Below, in pieces: positions 12,235 through 27,996 of a stretch of 64,000 bases of DNA. The stretch comes from Utricularia gibba. Lineage: Eukaryota; Plantae; Magnoliophyta. The notes below the pieces were generated by a model. The model saw only the letters and a list, made by a program, of their open reading frames with translations, was not told the origin of the DNA and made no database searches. Each line of letters opens with the position of its first letter. Position 1 is the stretch's first letter. The stretch is from the NCBI GenBank assembly GCA_002189035.1, contig NEEC01000019.1:1178001-1242000 (forward strand), written 5' to 3'. Both the position numbers and the translations under genes were made by a program.

Positions 12235-13899
12235 ATGGAGAGGATTAAGAATATAATAAAGCCGAAGCCTAATCCGCAGCAGTTGCTTAGAGATTGGCAG
12301 CGTCGTCTTCGGCAAGAGTGCCGCAACATCGAGCGTCAAGTTCGAGGTCCTTGATGCAGTCTTTTTTTTTTCAGCAACTTTTTTTTGGCTTTGTGATTCG
12401 TTTTGTTGAAATTGATTTTTTCAAGTATTCGAGGGTTGGGACAGATATTCAGAGAGAAGAAAAGAATGTGCAGAATGCGATCAAAGCTGCTGCAAGAAGA
12501 AATGACATGGCCTCTGCTAAGGTATTATTTGTTACTGTTAGCTCCCTTGATCTTCCAAACTTGGGTGTATTTTCTTCTGAACTTTAAAATCATAAGAAAT
12601 GCATGAGTTTTCCAGATCGTAATTGAAACTTGTGTCTTTTTTAAAACAAGAAGAAGATGGGAGCGATGAATGAGAAATTTGAAAGAACAGAAGAATGGAG
12701 TTGAATGATTTCCTTTTACAAAAATTGGACATCTTTTCACTAACCAACGTTTGCTCACGTGGTCGTTTTTCTGCTTCTGTCCGTGAAGTCACTTGCAAAG
12801 GAACTTGTGAGATCCAGGAAGACAGTGAACCGCCTCTATGAGAATAGGGCACAGTTGAATTCCATATCCATGCATCTTGGGGAGAGCATTGGTATGATCC
12901 CATATTATTCTTCTGGATTCGTTTCTGCTTACTGCCTTTTTTTATCTGTATCCTAATGAATGCAATGAGCGGTTGAAGATGGTCTCTTTCTAGACAAGTG
13001 ATCTTCAGACCCTTTCCCCCTCTTTCGAGCAATTTATCTGAATAGGAATAAGTCCCCGTTCTTCTTTTTCTTCTTTACACGTATTGATCGTGTGCATTTC
13101 GTAAATCTATTCTGGTTTGCCCGATAGAGATTTCTTCATGATTTTGTGCCAATGTAAGCGTGGCCGAAGATGAAAGTGTTTGGGAAAATATTCAAGACAA
13201 TGCCTTAACCTGGTATCCATCCTTGTGCAGCAATTGCGCGAACAGTGGGACATCTATCCAAAAGTGCTGAAGTAATGAAGCTTGTGAATAATCTCATGAA
13301 GGCTCCGGAAGTAGCTGTTACCATGCAGCAATTTAGCAATGAAATGACCAGGGTAAGCGTATATCTATATCATCCTTTCAGTTTAGAATTAATCAACTGT
13401 GAGTTTGGTTTTTGGTCAGAGTTTTTTCTGTGATTGCGTACACTGTAGGAGAACAATATAGTTTCTATTCGTTATAGTAGCCAAGACAAGGCAATCGTTG
13501 TTCTATTAAAATTCAGAGGACCAATGTCTGCCTTGTGACAAAAATGGACTGTTGCCAATGTAGGCAGGTGTAATTGAGGAGATGGTAAATGATGCTGTGG
13601 ACAATGTCCTGGACTCAGAGGATATCGAAGAGGAGACTGAGGAAGAAATCGAGAAGGTCCTAGCAGCAATTGCCGGTGAGACTGCTGCCCAGCTTCCTGA
13701 AGCCGTCAGGAAGGAGAAACTGAAGCAGCCTGCGGCAAGTGAACCTGAAGAGGTACATATCCTACATTGACCAAACACAAACTGCTCTTCTCCTATAATA
13801 AAGATTTGATAAAACCTGCTATGAATTCTGTAGGAGGATGTTGATGATGAGGAAGAGCTTGAAGAAATCAGGGCTCGACTCAACCAAGTTCGGTCATGA
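12235..13899 (+). CDS. VPS24: ESCRT-III subunit VPS24/CHMP3; exons 12235-12346, 12445-12521, 12789-12891, 13231-13352, 13564-13752, 13834-13899; 222 aa
   Basis: KPKPNPQQLLRDWQRRLRQECRNIERQ, SLAKELVRSRKTVNRLYENRAQLNSISMHLGES, C-terminal DDEEELEEIRARL MIT-interacting motif. Confidence 0.95.
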
Positions 13900-14163
13900 T
13901 CCATCTCTGACTTATTTGCCATTGCTCAGTAAGCTTAAGGATCACCACTCTTGTATCATAAAACAAGTGTGATGGTGATCATGCTACTCGTATGGTACGC
14001 ATCACAATTCCCATGTTTCTGACTATCAAATCTGTACCTAGTGACATGCTGGTTCCTATATTTACTACACTACTGCTGCAGAAAGAGTTAGCTAATCTAA
14101 TCACTATGGCATCACTAAGCCCTCTGTGAGTGTGAACTTACAGATACCGTTGACTCCACCAAG

Positions 14164-14843
14164 TTACATTGCTCTCAAGGTCTCAATGACCGTCCGGAAG
14201 CCAGGTTGCACCGGCATGACGGTAGTCACCCGTAAATGCTGCGCATTCCCGTTCTTCGGACTCGCCAATGTCATCTCCAACATCTCCCCCTCCAGAGCTC
14301 TGCTTGCTGCTATTTCTGCAACAAGAGTATCCTCAAATGATTAAAGGAGCAGAAACTTTGATCCACACTCTTGCGTTCAGCATCGTACGAAATCCTCGCC
14401 CCCTCAAATCTACACTACAACCGAAGAGCTCTGTGGAAATGACCTTACCAGCGAAGGGATGTGTTTTGACGAAGTCGAGGAACTCGTCTGCTGAACAACC
14501 GAAGAGCAGTCTTGCAGCTCTGTCAAACATGATCACAACGAAAACTTCCGAGTGTGTAGCTACAGACATCTGCAGATCGAAGGTAACAAAAAAAAAAAAG
14601 GAGGAAAAATCGATGATTTCGAAGTAAAGAGACAATGCGGTTATCCCTCAAGAACAAAAGGGAACAACGAGGTCAAAAATTGAAAATGCTCACGAGAACT
14701 TTGAAGAAGCGTTTGGATTCCGAAATGTAACTGAAATTTGTACAATCAACAGCCACCACGGAACAAATCGTAGCCGCCGGCTGATTAGCTTCTTCTTCCG
14801 ACGGCTGCTTCCTCTTCCTCTGATTCGCGGTGGTCATCGCCAT
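14164..14843 (-). CDS. Small nucleic-acid-binding OB-fold protein (RPA1 C-terminal-like family); exons 14843-14694, 14569-14449, 14315-14164; 140 aa
   Basis: VVAVDCTNF, MSVAT....VIMFDRAARLLFGCSADEF, LEGEMLEMTLASPKNGNAQHLRVTTVMP...GFRTVIETL; GT-AG introns, total 423 nt in frame. Confidence 0.8.
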
Positions 14844-15316
14844 TGACGGCGGCGCAATCGAACTACCAAGCGACAACTCCGACGATTCCAGAACCCGAAA
14901 GGCATAGAGGCTCCGAATCCGGCGCGCCCAGATTATACGCATATTTGAATAATTATTTTAAAAAATCCGAACTGAATTAAAATGATGTTAATATATTTAA
15001 TTTTTATTTGACCTTATCACCCACAAACTTACGTTTGTTATAGTAATAATTTAGTTAATTATATATGTTCAAATCAAACACTTGCTATTTAAAATATTAT
15101 TTTATTTGACGTATACATATAAGTAAAATCATTTAATTAAATAAACCCACGAATTGTATTTACCAAAACAAACCTACAAAATATTTGGGATGTTACTACT
15201 TACTACAATAGCTTTGTCCGACCCGTAGTCGAAATTCGGGTCCTGATGCCCAAACCGAACCCGAGTCAGCTCAGCCGTGTCCTGATTAGAGACGCGGTTT
15301 GAACGTCAGTTCTCAT

Positions 15317-15663
15317 CTGTGATTGTGACTCGGGTTTCAAAATCGGATCGGTGGAGGACCGATCCGGTTTTGAAACCGGTTTAACCGGTCAAACTCCGAG
15401 TTTGACCGGTCAATATATATATAAATATATTATATTTATATTAAAATAAATTTCATATTATTATTATATAAAAACATACAAATATAATATATTCAATTAG
15501 TAAAATACAGAATTTGTGACGTGAAATCTGATTCCCAAAAACCCAAAATACGAAAAAATGATTGATTAAAAAACAATAATCGCTTGCCCGGTCAACCGGC
15601 CACACAAGAAAAACCGGTTAACCGGTTTGACTCGCCGGTTGACCGGCCGAGTCACAATCACAG
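15317..15663. mobile_element. Non-autonomous hAT-type MITE, 347 bp
   Basis: Perfect 17-bp TIR CTGTGATTGTGACTCGG (15317-15333) / CCGAGTCACAATCACAG (15647-15663); 8-bp TSD GTTCTCAT (15309-15316, 15664-15671); many subterminal ACCGG/CCGGT motifs. Confidence 0.88.
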
Positions 15664-15916
15664 GTTCTCATCTCCTGTGTAAACGCGCACACACTCGAAG
15701 CTTCATAATCCCCTTTGTATACACGAGTGGGGGACCTCAAGGTGTTATTTTCAGTCGTGACTTGATTTTCAACTCTCCCCGGGTGCACCCCTCGGGGCAT
15801 GGATCCTCCCAGTGTCGGGTTGGCCACCAACTAAATCCATCCATCTAATAACATAACACATTCATTTTCGATTCAAAAATATTTTTAATCTATACTAAAT
15901 TAAAAAATTTACATTA

Positions 15917-16169
15917 CGATATATTTGGCTGTTTGATATAAAATGGGTATAAGTGAGTTAATAAAAGATACCCTTGTTTGATATCTTATTAAATATTTAT
16001 CTAGTTTTTATATTAAAACTCATACATAATCCTTTATAAACCTAATTTATGAGTATTTTTTAAATATACAAATTATATGGGTTTTGATAATATACATCTA
16101 TACCCAAATAAATTATACCTAAATTCTCTAAACACATTCAATACATTTACATCCAACCAAACGCACCCT
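15917..16169. mobile_element. Degenerate Tourist-like MITE
   Basis: Right end CCAACCAAACGCACCC; left end GATATATTTGGCTG resembles a decayed inverted copy; AT-rich interior. Confidence 0.35.
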
Positions 16170-16553
16170 ACAAATGATCAATTTTGTTATATATTGTCTG
16201 ACATATGATCAGATTTCTAATTCATTGAATTCAAATAATGAGCTTTACTTTATTTGAATGAAGAAGATGGGGTTCTGGTTTCAAGCAAGTAGAGCCTCTC
16301 CACTGATTCTATATCGTGATTCAATGCTCATAATCAACACACACTACCTCCCCAGAGCCCGGATGTGAAATGAAGGAAAAACACAAGCAAAAGACACCAC
16401 CAAGTTGAGGATGTTTGAAGTTGTCAAGATTAGGGCAGGCTTCAGAGTTGTCAAGGGGATCAACTTCTTGTAATTACTCCCACGCACACCTCTGATCCCC
16501 TCCATCGTGTGTACGTGATCGGACCCTGATAACTGCGCTCGCCCCCCACACTT

Positions 16554-16568
16554 ACCCTAAACCCTAAC
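16554..16568. promoter_or_regulatory. Telo-box (ACCCTAAACCCTAAC)
   Basis: AAACCCTA core read directly, about 750 bp upstream of the MYB ATG. Confidence 0.45.
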
Positions 16569-17305
16569 GCACACAAAAAAAAAAAAAAAAGAAAGAAAGA
16601 AGGCAGTTGGAAGGATTAGGTGAAATGACGGGGGCGGCGGCCTTCGGACAGAATAAAAAAACCTAGGCCGTTTTACAGGGTTTCTGTTTTTCACATGGGA
16701 AAATGGTCAACCCTGGTTGACCTGTGTCTACTAGAAAGTCATTTGTTTATTGCCACCTTCGCGAGTGCCCTAAAGACAGCCCCGGAATAAGAAAGAATAC
16801 CGGGGTGGGTGGGGGTGGACGGAGTCCAGAAAAAGACCAGAAACAACTCGCCACCAAAAACAAACGAGGCCTGTCTTCAAATGCTTCTGCGTGATGGATG
16901 GACTGACGTGTCCGTCATCGGAACGGAGGGGAGGGAGGGGAGGGAGGAGAGAGAGATCAGTGCCCTCAATGGGGGCAGGCGCTTGGGTGGATTTCATTGT
17001 GTGAAATGAGGGAATGATAACTGTGCTTGTTTTCTAACTTCAGTGGGAAATGGGGATTATAGATTACCTAATCCGATTACTGGAAGCTTCTCCTTTTAGA
17101 AGGATTCAGAGGAGCAAGCTGTGCTTTGACCAGATCAGCCTGTCCCTTGAAGCTATGATGAAGCTATGCTGAAACAAGTCAAGTCTTTATGTTCCTCTTG
17201 ATTTGTTTCTCTCCACAAAAGAAAAGAAACCTGTTACATCATTCGTCACCTTTTTTCTTCAATAAATACCTGCCTCTCACATGCAGATCCCGCACCACTG
17301 CAGGT

Positions 17306-18238
17306 ATGGGAAGATCGCCTTGCTGTGACAAGGATAATGTGAGGAAAGGGCCATGGTCAGCTGAAGAAGATGCCAAGCTGAGAGACTTCATCCACAAGTA
17401 CGGGAATGTTGGGAACTGGATTGCGCTCCCAAAGAAAGCAGGTAACTGGGCTTCTTCAGTTACTGCTGCTGTTTGGTTGTGGTGCTTGCTGCTGACGGGA
17501 TCCTTTTGCGAGACTCCTTAGGGTTGAAGAGATGTGGGAAGAGTTGCAGATTGAGATGGCTTAATTACCTAAGGCCTAACATAAAGCACGGTGAATTCAC
17601 TGATGAAGAAGACAGCGTCATTTGTTCTCTGTATACAGCCATTGGCAGCCGGTCCTTCCCTCCCTCCCTCGCTCCCTCCAATTCTTGCGTTTCTTTCAGA
17701 TATGGATTTTACAAGCGGTGAATGTGGATGCAGATGGTCGATCATAGCATCGCAGCTGCCTGGGAGAACAGACAATGACATCAAGAACCACTGGAACACG
17801 AAGCTGAAGAAGAAGCTCATGAAAATGAGTACTCTGCTGCTTCCATTAGCCCCTCAAAGATACCCTGAAGCCACATTCCAGTGTGGAGCTACTATCCCTT
17901 TATGTAATCCTCTGTTCTTCCAGCATTTCCAAGCACCAAACCCTCTCCCCCGCACTAACACAGGATCATTTCTGAGCCTCGAGAACTTGGAGTCAGGGGC
18001 GTCCCTCCCTGTTTCCCCCTATCAGCATTCCTATCATCCACATGGGGATTTAGCAGGGTTTCAGAGCGCCTCCTCCAGCTACAGATTGGAAACAAACAAT
18101 GACGAGATGGGCCTTTCAAATTCCCTGATCCTCGATCAGGAAACACCATTCTTTTACGATCATCAGCCGATCGACCTTGGGGAAAGCTGCGATTTTTCCT
18201 TTCCAACAGATGATCCTGGCTTGTGGGTGTTGGATTAG
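17306..18238 (+). CDS. R2R3-MYB transcription factor, RAX/Blind/MYB36-like subgroup; exons 17306-17441, 17522-17651, 17734-18238; 256 aa
   Basis: [86 protein letters not shown]; canonical 136/130-nt first exons. Confidence 0.93.
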
Positions 18239-18609
18239 ATGGTGAAAAATGTACAATTCATGTTGCTGGTTCAGAGTACATACTGGAAGCATTGCTTGTA
18301 TTCACATTTTGCGGTTGCTCTGGGATAAGGAAAGAGTGATGTGCAGTGTGATTATGCTTCTTGTATGTACATGCAGTTTGTCAAGGAAGACTTGTTCAGT
18401 GTTTTGACCTTCTTCCCACTGTCCACCTCTGGTTGTCTTCATCGCATTTAATACCAGCATCACCTTTTTTGGCTGAGTGTTGTCAAATGGTCTTTGAAAT
18501 ATGCACAGACAGAAGGGTATTTCTATCCATATAATGCAGACATAGAGCAGAGTAGATGACCAAACTTCAGCAAATGTGTTTTCAGTAATGGATGACATCA
18601 ATGCGCATG

Positions 18610-19250
18610 ATAGCATTAGGGGAATGAGACATGTTAGATGTAAATTATTAATTGGGATAGATGAGTACTAATGAAGATTAACTTTGATATAGAGTAAGAA
18701 GATAATCATGTATCACAAGGAATTTGAATTAGTGACATGATAATTTTTTTTATTTGCAAAGAATGAAAATGATGCAAGGAATTAATTTGGCATGTTTTAA
18801 ATGAGTACAAGGAAGTGCAGATTTTTTAAAATCATTTGGAATGATGGCATGATAGCACTCTAGATCTATAATAGAATCAATATGATATGATATGAAAGAA
18901 TCGTATCATATAAAGAGTATAATGTTAAAGATTTAGTGATAGCATGTCACATTGGTTAGAGATGAGGAAAAAAATGTAAAAGAATTCTTTTAATCTTGTA
19001 TGATAATTTTTCTTTAAAAAGAGAAAATATAAAACTATAAAAATTAAATATTCGAAATGAACAATATTATGTAAGTAGTATGTGAATTATAACATTTGGT
19101 ATAACATTGTCATATCAATGATGAGATGATGAGACACTCATTAATGAGGTTGAATATTTCAAGAGAGTAGAATATAAGGCAAAAGACGTGATAACAATAT
19201 TCAACATTAATTGCCAATGGGGAATGGATACATTTAAATAAAAATATAAT
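18610..19250 (+). mobile_element. Possible highly decayed Mutator (MULE) transposase relic
   Basis: C-depleted sequence with stop-ridden fragments RCKLLIGID and KELIWHVLNEYKEVQIF*NHLE resembling MULE DDE-region motifs. Confidence 0.3.
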
Positions 19251-19500
19251 CCTAATCTTATACAAAAATCTTTTTTCTAGAAAAATAAAATGTAAATTAT
19301 GAGATTTAAATTTTTGAAATGAATTATAAAAAAACTTCGATCTTCAATATAATTTTTCACACAAGAAATATAGTCAATAAGTAAAAAATTTATAAAGATC
19401 ATTTCATATATTGTATTATGAATTATTTAGAATCAAATAAATATCAAACGATTCAAATAAATTAATGAAATACCAATAGTTTCAAGTTAAAAATATATAT

Positions 19501-20845
19501 TGTTAAGTATCATTTTTTCATTATTTCTTATGTTATTTTTATATCTAAATGTGATTAGAAGTGTTTAATTAGGAGTCTATAATATAAGATTTAGGTTTTA
19601 TTTAATTTAGTGTGATTATTCTAAATCTTATATTTTATCTTTTTTACTACTTTTGTTTAAGTTTTTCTAGACGCACACACGTGACAGTAAATAAGAGAAA
19701 AAGGGCAACATATGGTGATTGGATCTTCTTGAGCTGACATCTCCTTGATTTTCGGAAGATTGTAGACGTCTAATCATTAGTCTTGACGTGCGGAACACGG
19801 GAGTTGCTGACAGACGAAATCATTAGCGTACCACTGTCAAAACAGACGTTTACTTGCAAGTCACTCCAATTTGCAGTAGAACTAAGAGGACACAAAAACT
19901 TAGACTCTCATTGAACTTCAGTTTTATTCATACATTGAGCACCTAGCTTTCAATTCAGTTTAGACTTTTGTTTTCTCTTTTTGGAGGATTTTCCTCTAGT
20001 TTCTCTCTAGAATTTGTTTTCATTTTCTTCAGTTTGTATGGTTGTTCGTGGCTAAAAACTTCCGTTTCTGGGTTGGGATACTCCTAGATCTATGTTTTGT
20101 GAGCTTATCTTCATCTCTTCTTTGAATTCGAACGGGTTCCATATATCTTTATGCGACTATATTATAGTCTTTATGTAATAGTCTCCTTATTCAAGATTAA
20201 TGGTTAACTGATCACTATTCAAGAGTTTTGAAGAGGAGCAAGGTTAAAAGCATCAACTCACGCCCCTTTGACAGTAGGAAGACAACGTTTTGTCTATGGA
20301 CGTACCTCATGATCAATGGATAGATAGTGACCTCGTATCTAGATTCATTGGTTCATTGGTAACACTCGGACACAAGCGTGCAATTCGACCGTGAGGGTAC
20401 GCTGGCAGGACCTCTTATCTTCACGTTCGTCCAAGGAGTAGCAACATCGGGCTATTTCTACGACTTCTTACAAGATAGTGTAATTGAGGGTAGATAATTC
20501 ATTACTTCTATAACCGAGTACTCGAGAAGACCAGAGAAGAGTGAAGACGCAACGAACGTAGCTGGACAGGATTCCAAACTCAGGAACATTCACTTATTTA
20601 AAATTCATCGGTTACATTTATTTTTGTTGTTATCTTAAAACCCTCTTATCTCCTTACTCAACCTTCATCATTTACGTTTTTCGCGCATTTACTTCCAAAA
20701 CCGTTTACAAATAGTGACATTTGTATTTGGTGTAACCTCATCATTTACTGAAAAACAACTACTTACGTTCGACACACATACTACGCTTTTGTGTTTTACG
20801 AATTTTAAAAATATTCAAAATTTGTTGTGTAAACGACACGCATCG
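19501..20845 (+). mobile_element. Solo LTR of a Ty3/gypsy (Athila-like) retrotransposon, 1345 bp
   Basis: Starts TG at 19501 and ends GACACGCATCG (CA to CG change); identical 5-bp flanks TATAT (19496-19500, 20846-20850); no ORF, no internal domain, no PBS; 3' GTTCGAC..TACTAC pattern recalled from Athila-type LTRs. Confidence 0.65.
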
Positions 20846-21014
20846 TATATCAATATATTTAGTGAGTTAAATTGATACGAGGAAATCATTTATGTATTTC
20901 AATTTTGAATAATTATATCAAATAGATGTAATTTAAGTTTTATGCTCATAATTAGGTATTTTCAATTCTTTTTATATAAAAAATATTTAAATTTTAGCCT
21001 TTGTTCAGTTTTGG

Positions 21015-21070
21015 GCTGAAGAGGCCCACGATCACATTAAGGGGCCCGGATAACAGAATAAGCCCTGTTT
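21015..21070. promoter_or_regulatory. Site II cluster in the CDC48 promoter
   Basis: TTGGGCT, GGCCCA, GGGCCC within 55 bp. Confidence 0.45.
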
Positions 21071-21491
21071 TCAGTTTTCACTGGCGATAATTCTCCCTGT
21101 TATTTATATGCATATTTTAATTTCTCCATTGAAAAAAAATACATATTTTAATTTCAATGACTTTTTAGAGGATTGTGGAATTTAACTAATTTTAATGAGT
21201 ATTAAATTATATTTAGAAAAAGAATACTGGCGCCTGCAATATCAATATTAGTTGTTTTTTTCAATTGAGGAATAGTATTCTGGATCCTTCGTGAATGTTC
21301 TAGTTTATAAGTTGATTTAATAAGTTTTTTTTTAGTATTTTTCAATATATTTCTCCTATTTACGTGTGTGGACTGCAGGCCCAATTTCAGATCGTTTCTC
21401 CTCCGCGTCTCACATTTTCTTGTTCCCAACGAAACCTCAATATCCTTCTGCTTTCCCGATCCTTTCCGTTCCGCAGTAAGTCGCCGGCGAG

Positions 21492-25244
<3,753 letters not shown>

Positions 25245-27972
25245 ATGGGTATGCATGCCCCTGCTGGGATCAACCATCACATCCATTCCTGTTATATGAT
25301 GCCGCCGCTCTGTTACGGCCGCAGGGAAAAGACCTCCCTACGTTTCATTCTGTTAGGACATATTGTGCTGATTGATTCATGGAGCTGGAACGACTATTTA
25401 CCGTTTTATCTTCCGTCTCCTTTCATTCTGCATTTGTCGGAATGGTGTGTTTGGTTTGGTAGCAGAAGACTGTTAGTTAGCCCAGGGTGGAAGACATGGG
25501 CTTACCATCAAACATCATGACTGGGTCTCACCGGGCTTACAAGTATCACACTGGGGCTAATTGAAATCGATCCTTAGCCCAACACAACTGGGCACATGTT
25601 CTTTGCCTGTCTGCCGAACTAAGAAAAACAGGGGCGATTTGCAACAGGCTGTGGAGGACACAATACAAGCACGTTTGCGTTGCCTGTGTGAGCGCCGAGC
25701 GGAACGGAAATGGGTCTGGGCTGCCCAACGCCTCTCTCGGAATCCACCGGATCCATTTTCACGCTGTGTCGTTTTGTGGTGCGGGATATATTGTCGGCAC
25801 CCTCCACAGGTGGGATGCTCTCCCTACATATCTCGCCCTCCGGTTCCTCTTCTCCTACATCTCCCGGGGAATATTCCGATGGCAGTCGCCGTCTCCCTGG
25901 TGCCGCGTCCTCAAGATTCGCCATTCCCTCTGTAAGGCAAGTAATCAGCAACAAATCTTCTAACATTCTGAAGGCAACTGAACATGACCATCTCTTCAAT
26001 TCAATCAACCCGATTTGACACAAACCTTCTACCTCATCTCATCCACCTTCTGTAGCACATGGGCACACCAACACAAGCTTCTTCCATCAGAGAATTTCCT
26101 TGGAGTTTACCCAGATCGCAAGCGCCGTGAAGAACGACGCTGCCTGCACGCCGACGACCCCCCGGTTCCGCCGGACCGCCGGTTCATACATGTGAGGGGG
26201 GGGCCCATGGAAATTGATCTTCATTAAAAAAAATGGTAATACAAATTATAATTCAAGAGTCCAATACCATCATCCGATGAATTTTTCATTAATTTGGGTT
26301 ACTACATAATTCCAAATCGACCCAATGAAATTCGAGCATGGCGCATTAATTGGTGTAGCGCGATAGGACAATTATTTCGGGGACAAATAGTCGTGAGGTT
26401 TGAATTATAGTACATGCTGCAATCCTTAACTATCCTTACATGTCAAAACGACATCGTTGGAATTTGGAAGCCGCACCATTAAGTGTCCTATTCCTTTAAA
26501 TTTATTTTTAAATAAGTAATATAATAATATATTTTTTATTTTTTTAAAAGATCTCTAAATATTTAGATTTGAATATGATTTTTTTTAAAAAAAAAAAATC
26601 TATCTCGTACAATTATTCAAAGTATTGAATGCATAAATTATCAATTCCTATCAATTTATATCATCAAATATATTATATGTCTAGTAACCGTTGATAACTT
26701 ATAAATTATATTTTTTTCTAATAATTCAAATGATGAATATTCAGGTCCATTGACTTGTATAATAAAATACAAACTATGTCTCTATATTTTATTAAAAATA
26801 AGAAACAGTTTTATATTTATATTCTTTTTAAAACACAAGTTGTTTATATTTAATAACAAAACTATTTTTAGATCGTTTTTTAAGAAAAGCAAGTTGTCAT
26901 GAATATAACCTAAAAATTTAGGACTTTATTTTTTAAAAATTATTCTTGTTTAATAATAAAACTGCTTACAAAAAATACATAGAAACCCTTGTGAACTGAT
27001 CCTAAATGAAGAAGAAAACGAAGCTGAGTGTTGGACGGGTATCCTTGATGAAAATGTCATTTGCAGTCTGATCTTCAGGGTCATGGGGTGCTGTTCCATT
27101 GCTGTGCTGTAGAAATGAGATGAAACTGAGATAATTGTTAAAATTTAAGATTCGATCGATCAGACGAATACTAAATATACAATAAACATGAATTATATTA
27201 AAAAAAAGGTATAATCCATTATTCATCATCAACTTTTGTATTCACGAAAAATAAGAATTCATTTCTATTTTTCGATGTAGTATTGCATGTTCTAATAATA
27301 ACCATCCTCAACCTTCGTCATTCAAATGCTTTATACCGAGTCTGTGGACTCCATCACCTCGCTCTGCGCACAATGCATCAAACTATCTGGTTCTGGGGGT
27401 TCGCCCAATTCGAGTAGGTTACGAACGTGGAATAACAGCAACCCTTTCGCAGCTAATATTAATGACAAAAATTCCACTTCACTTAGCCCTGGTCTACTTT
27501 GAAGATTCTTCTTCTTTTATTTGGATCTGTGTCCTTTTTTCCACTACCAAGATCAAGAAAATCGTACAAAATCAGAGGTTTGCCTTGCCCTAACGTTGAA
27601 AAACAACCCCCCCAGTTCAGGAATACCAAGGATGGTAGGCTGCAGTTTCCACACAGATAGATATCCCTCACTTCTTCCAAATGGGGTTTAGTTAAATTGC
27701 ACAGTCCTCAGCAATAACAGTGACAATAATTCTGGAGTGTGGAATCTGGTGAAAGATGCTTAGTTACTTGCCCTTGGGTTTAGGGTAGTCTTTTTGGCAT
27801 AAAATCAATGCACTAATTGCCACCCAGATTCAACATTAATGGCATTGTTAATTACCCTAATTACACATCCATGGACCTCCCAACTCAGTTTCCTCCCACA
27901 TTAATTCCCCGTTTCTGAATGGAAAGCACATGCCCGCCATCAATCTTGACATCAAAAGGGACATGATTTTAG

Positions 27973-27996
27973 TTAGGGTTAGGGTTAGGGTTAGGG
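27973..27996 (+). repeat. (TTAGGG)4 interstitial telomere-like array
   Basis: Four exact TTAGGG units read directly. Confidence 0.9.

Noticed and set aside
16440-16700. Telomerase RNA candidate (CCCTAAACCCTA template-like motif, AAGGGG upstream, T-run downstream)
   Set aside because: No USE plus TATA Pol III promoter at the right spacing and no 5'/3' G-rich/C-rich closing stem; best explained as a telo-box
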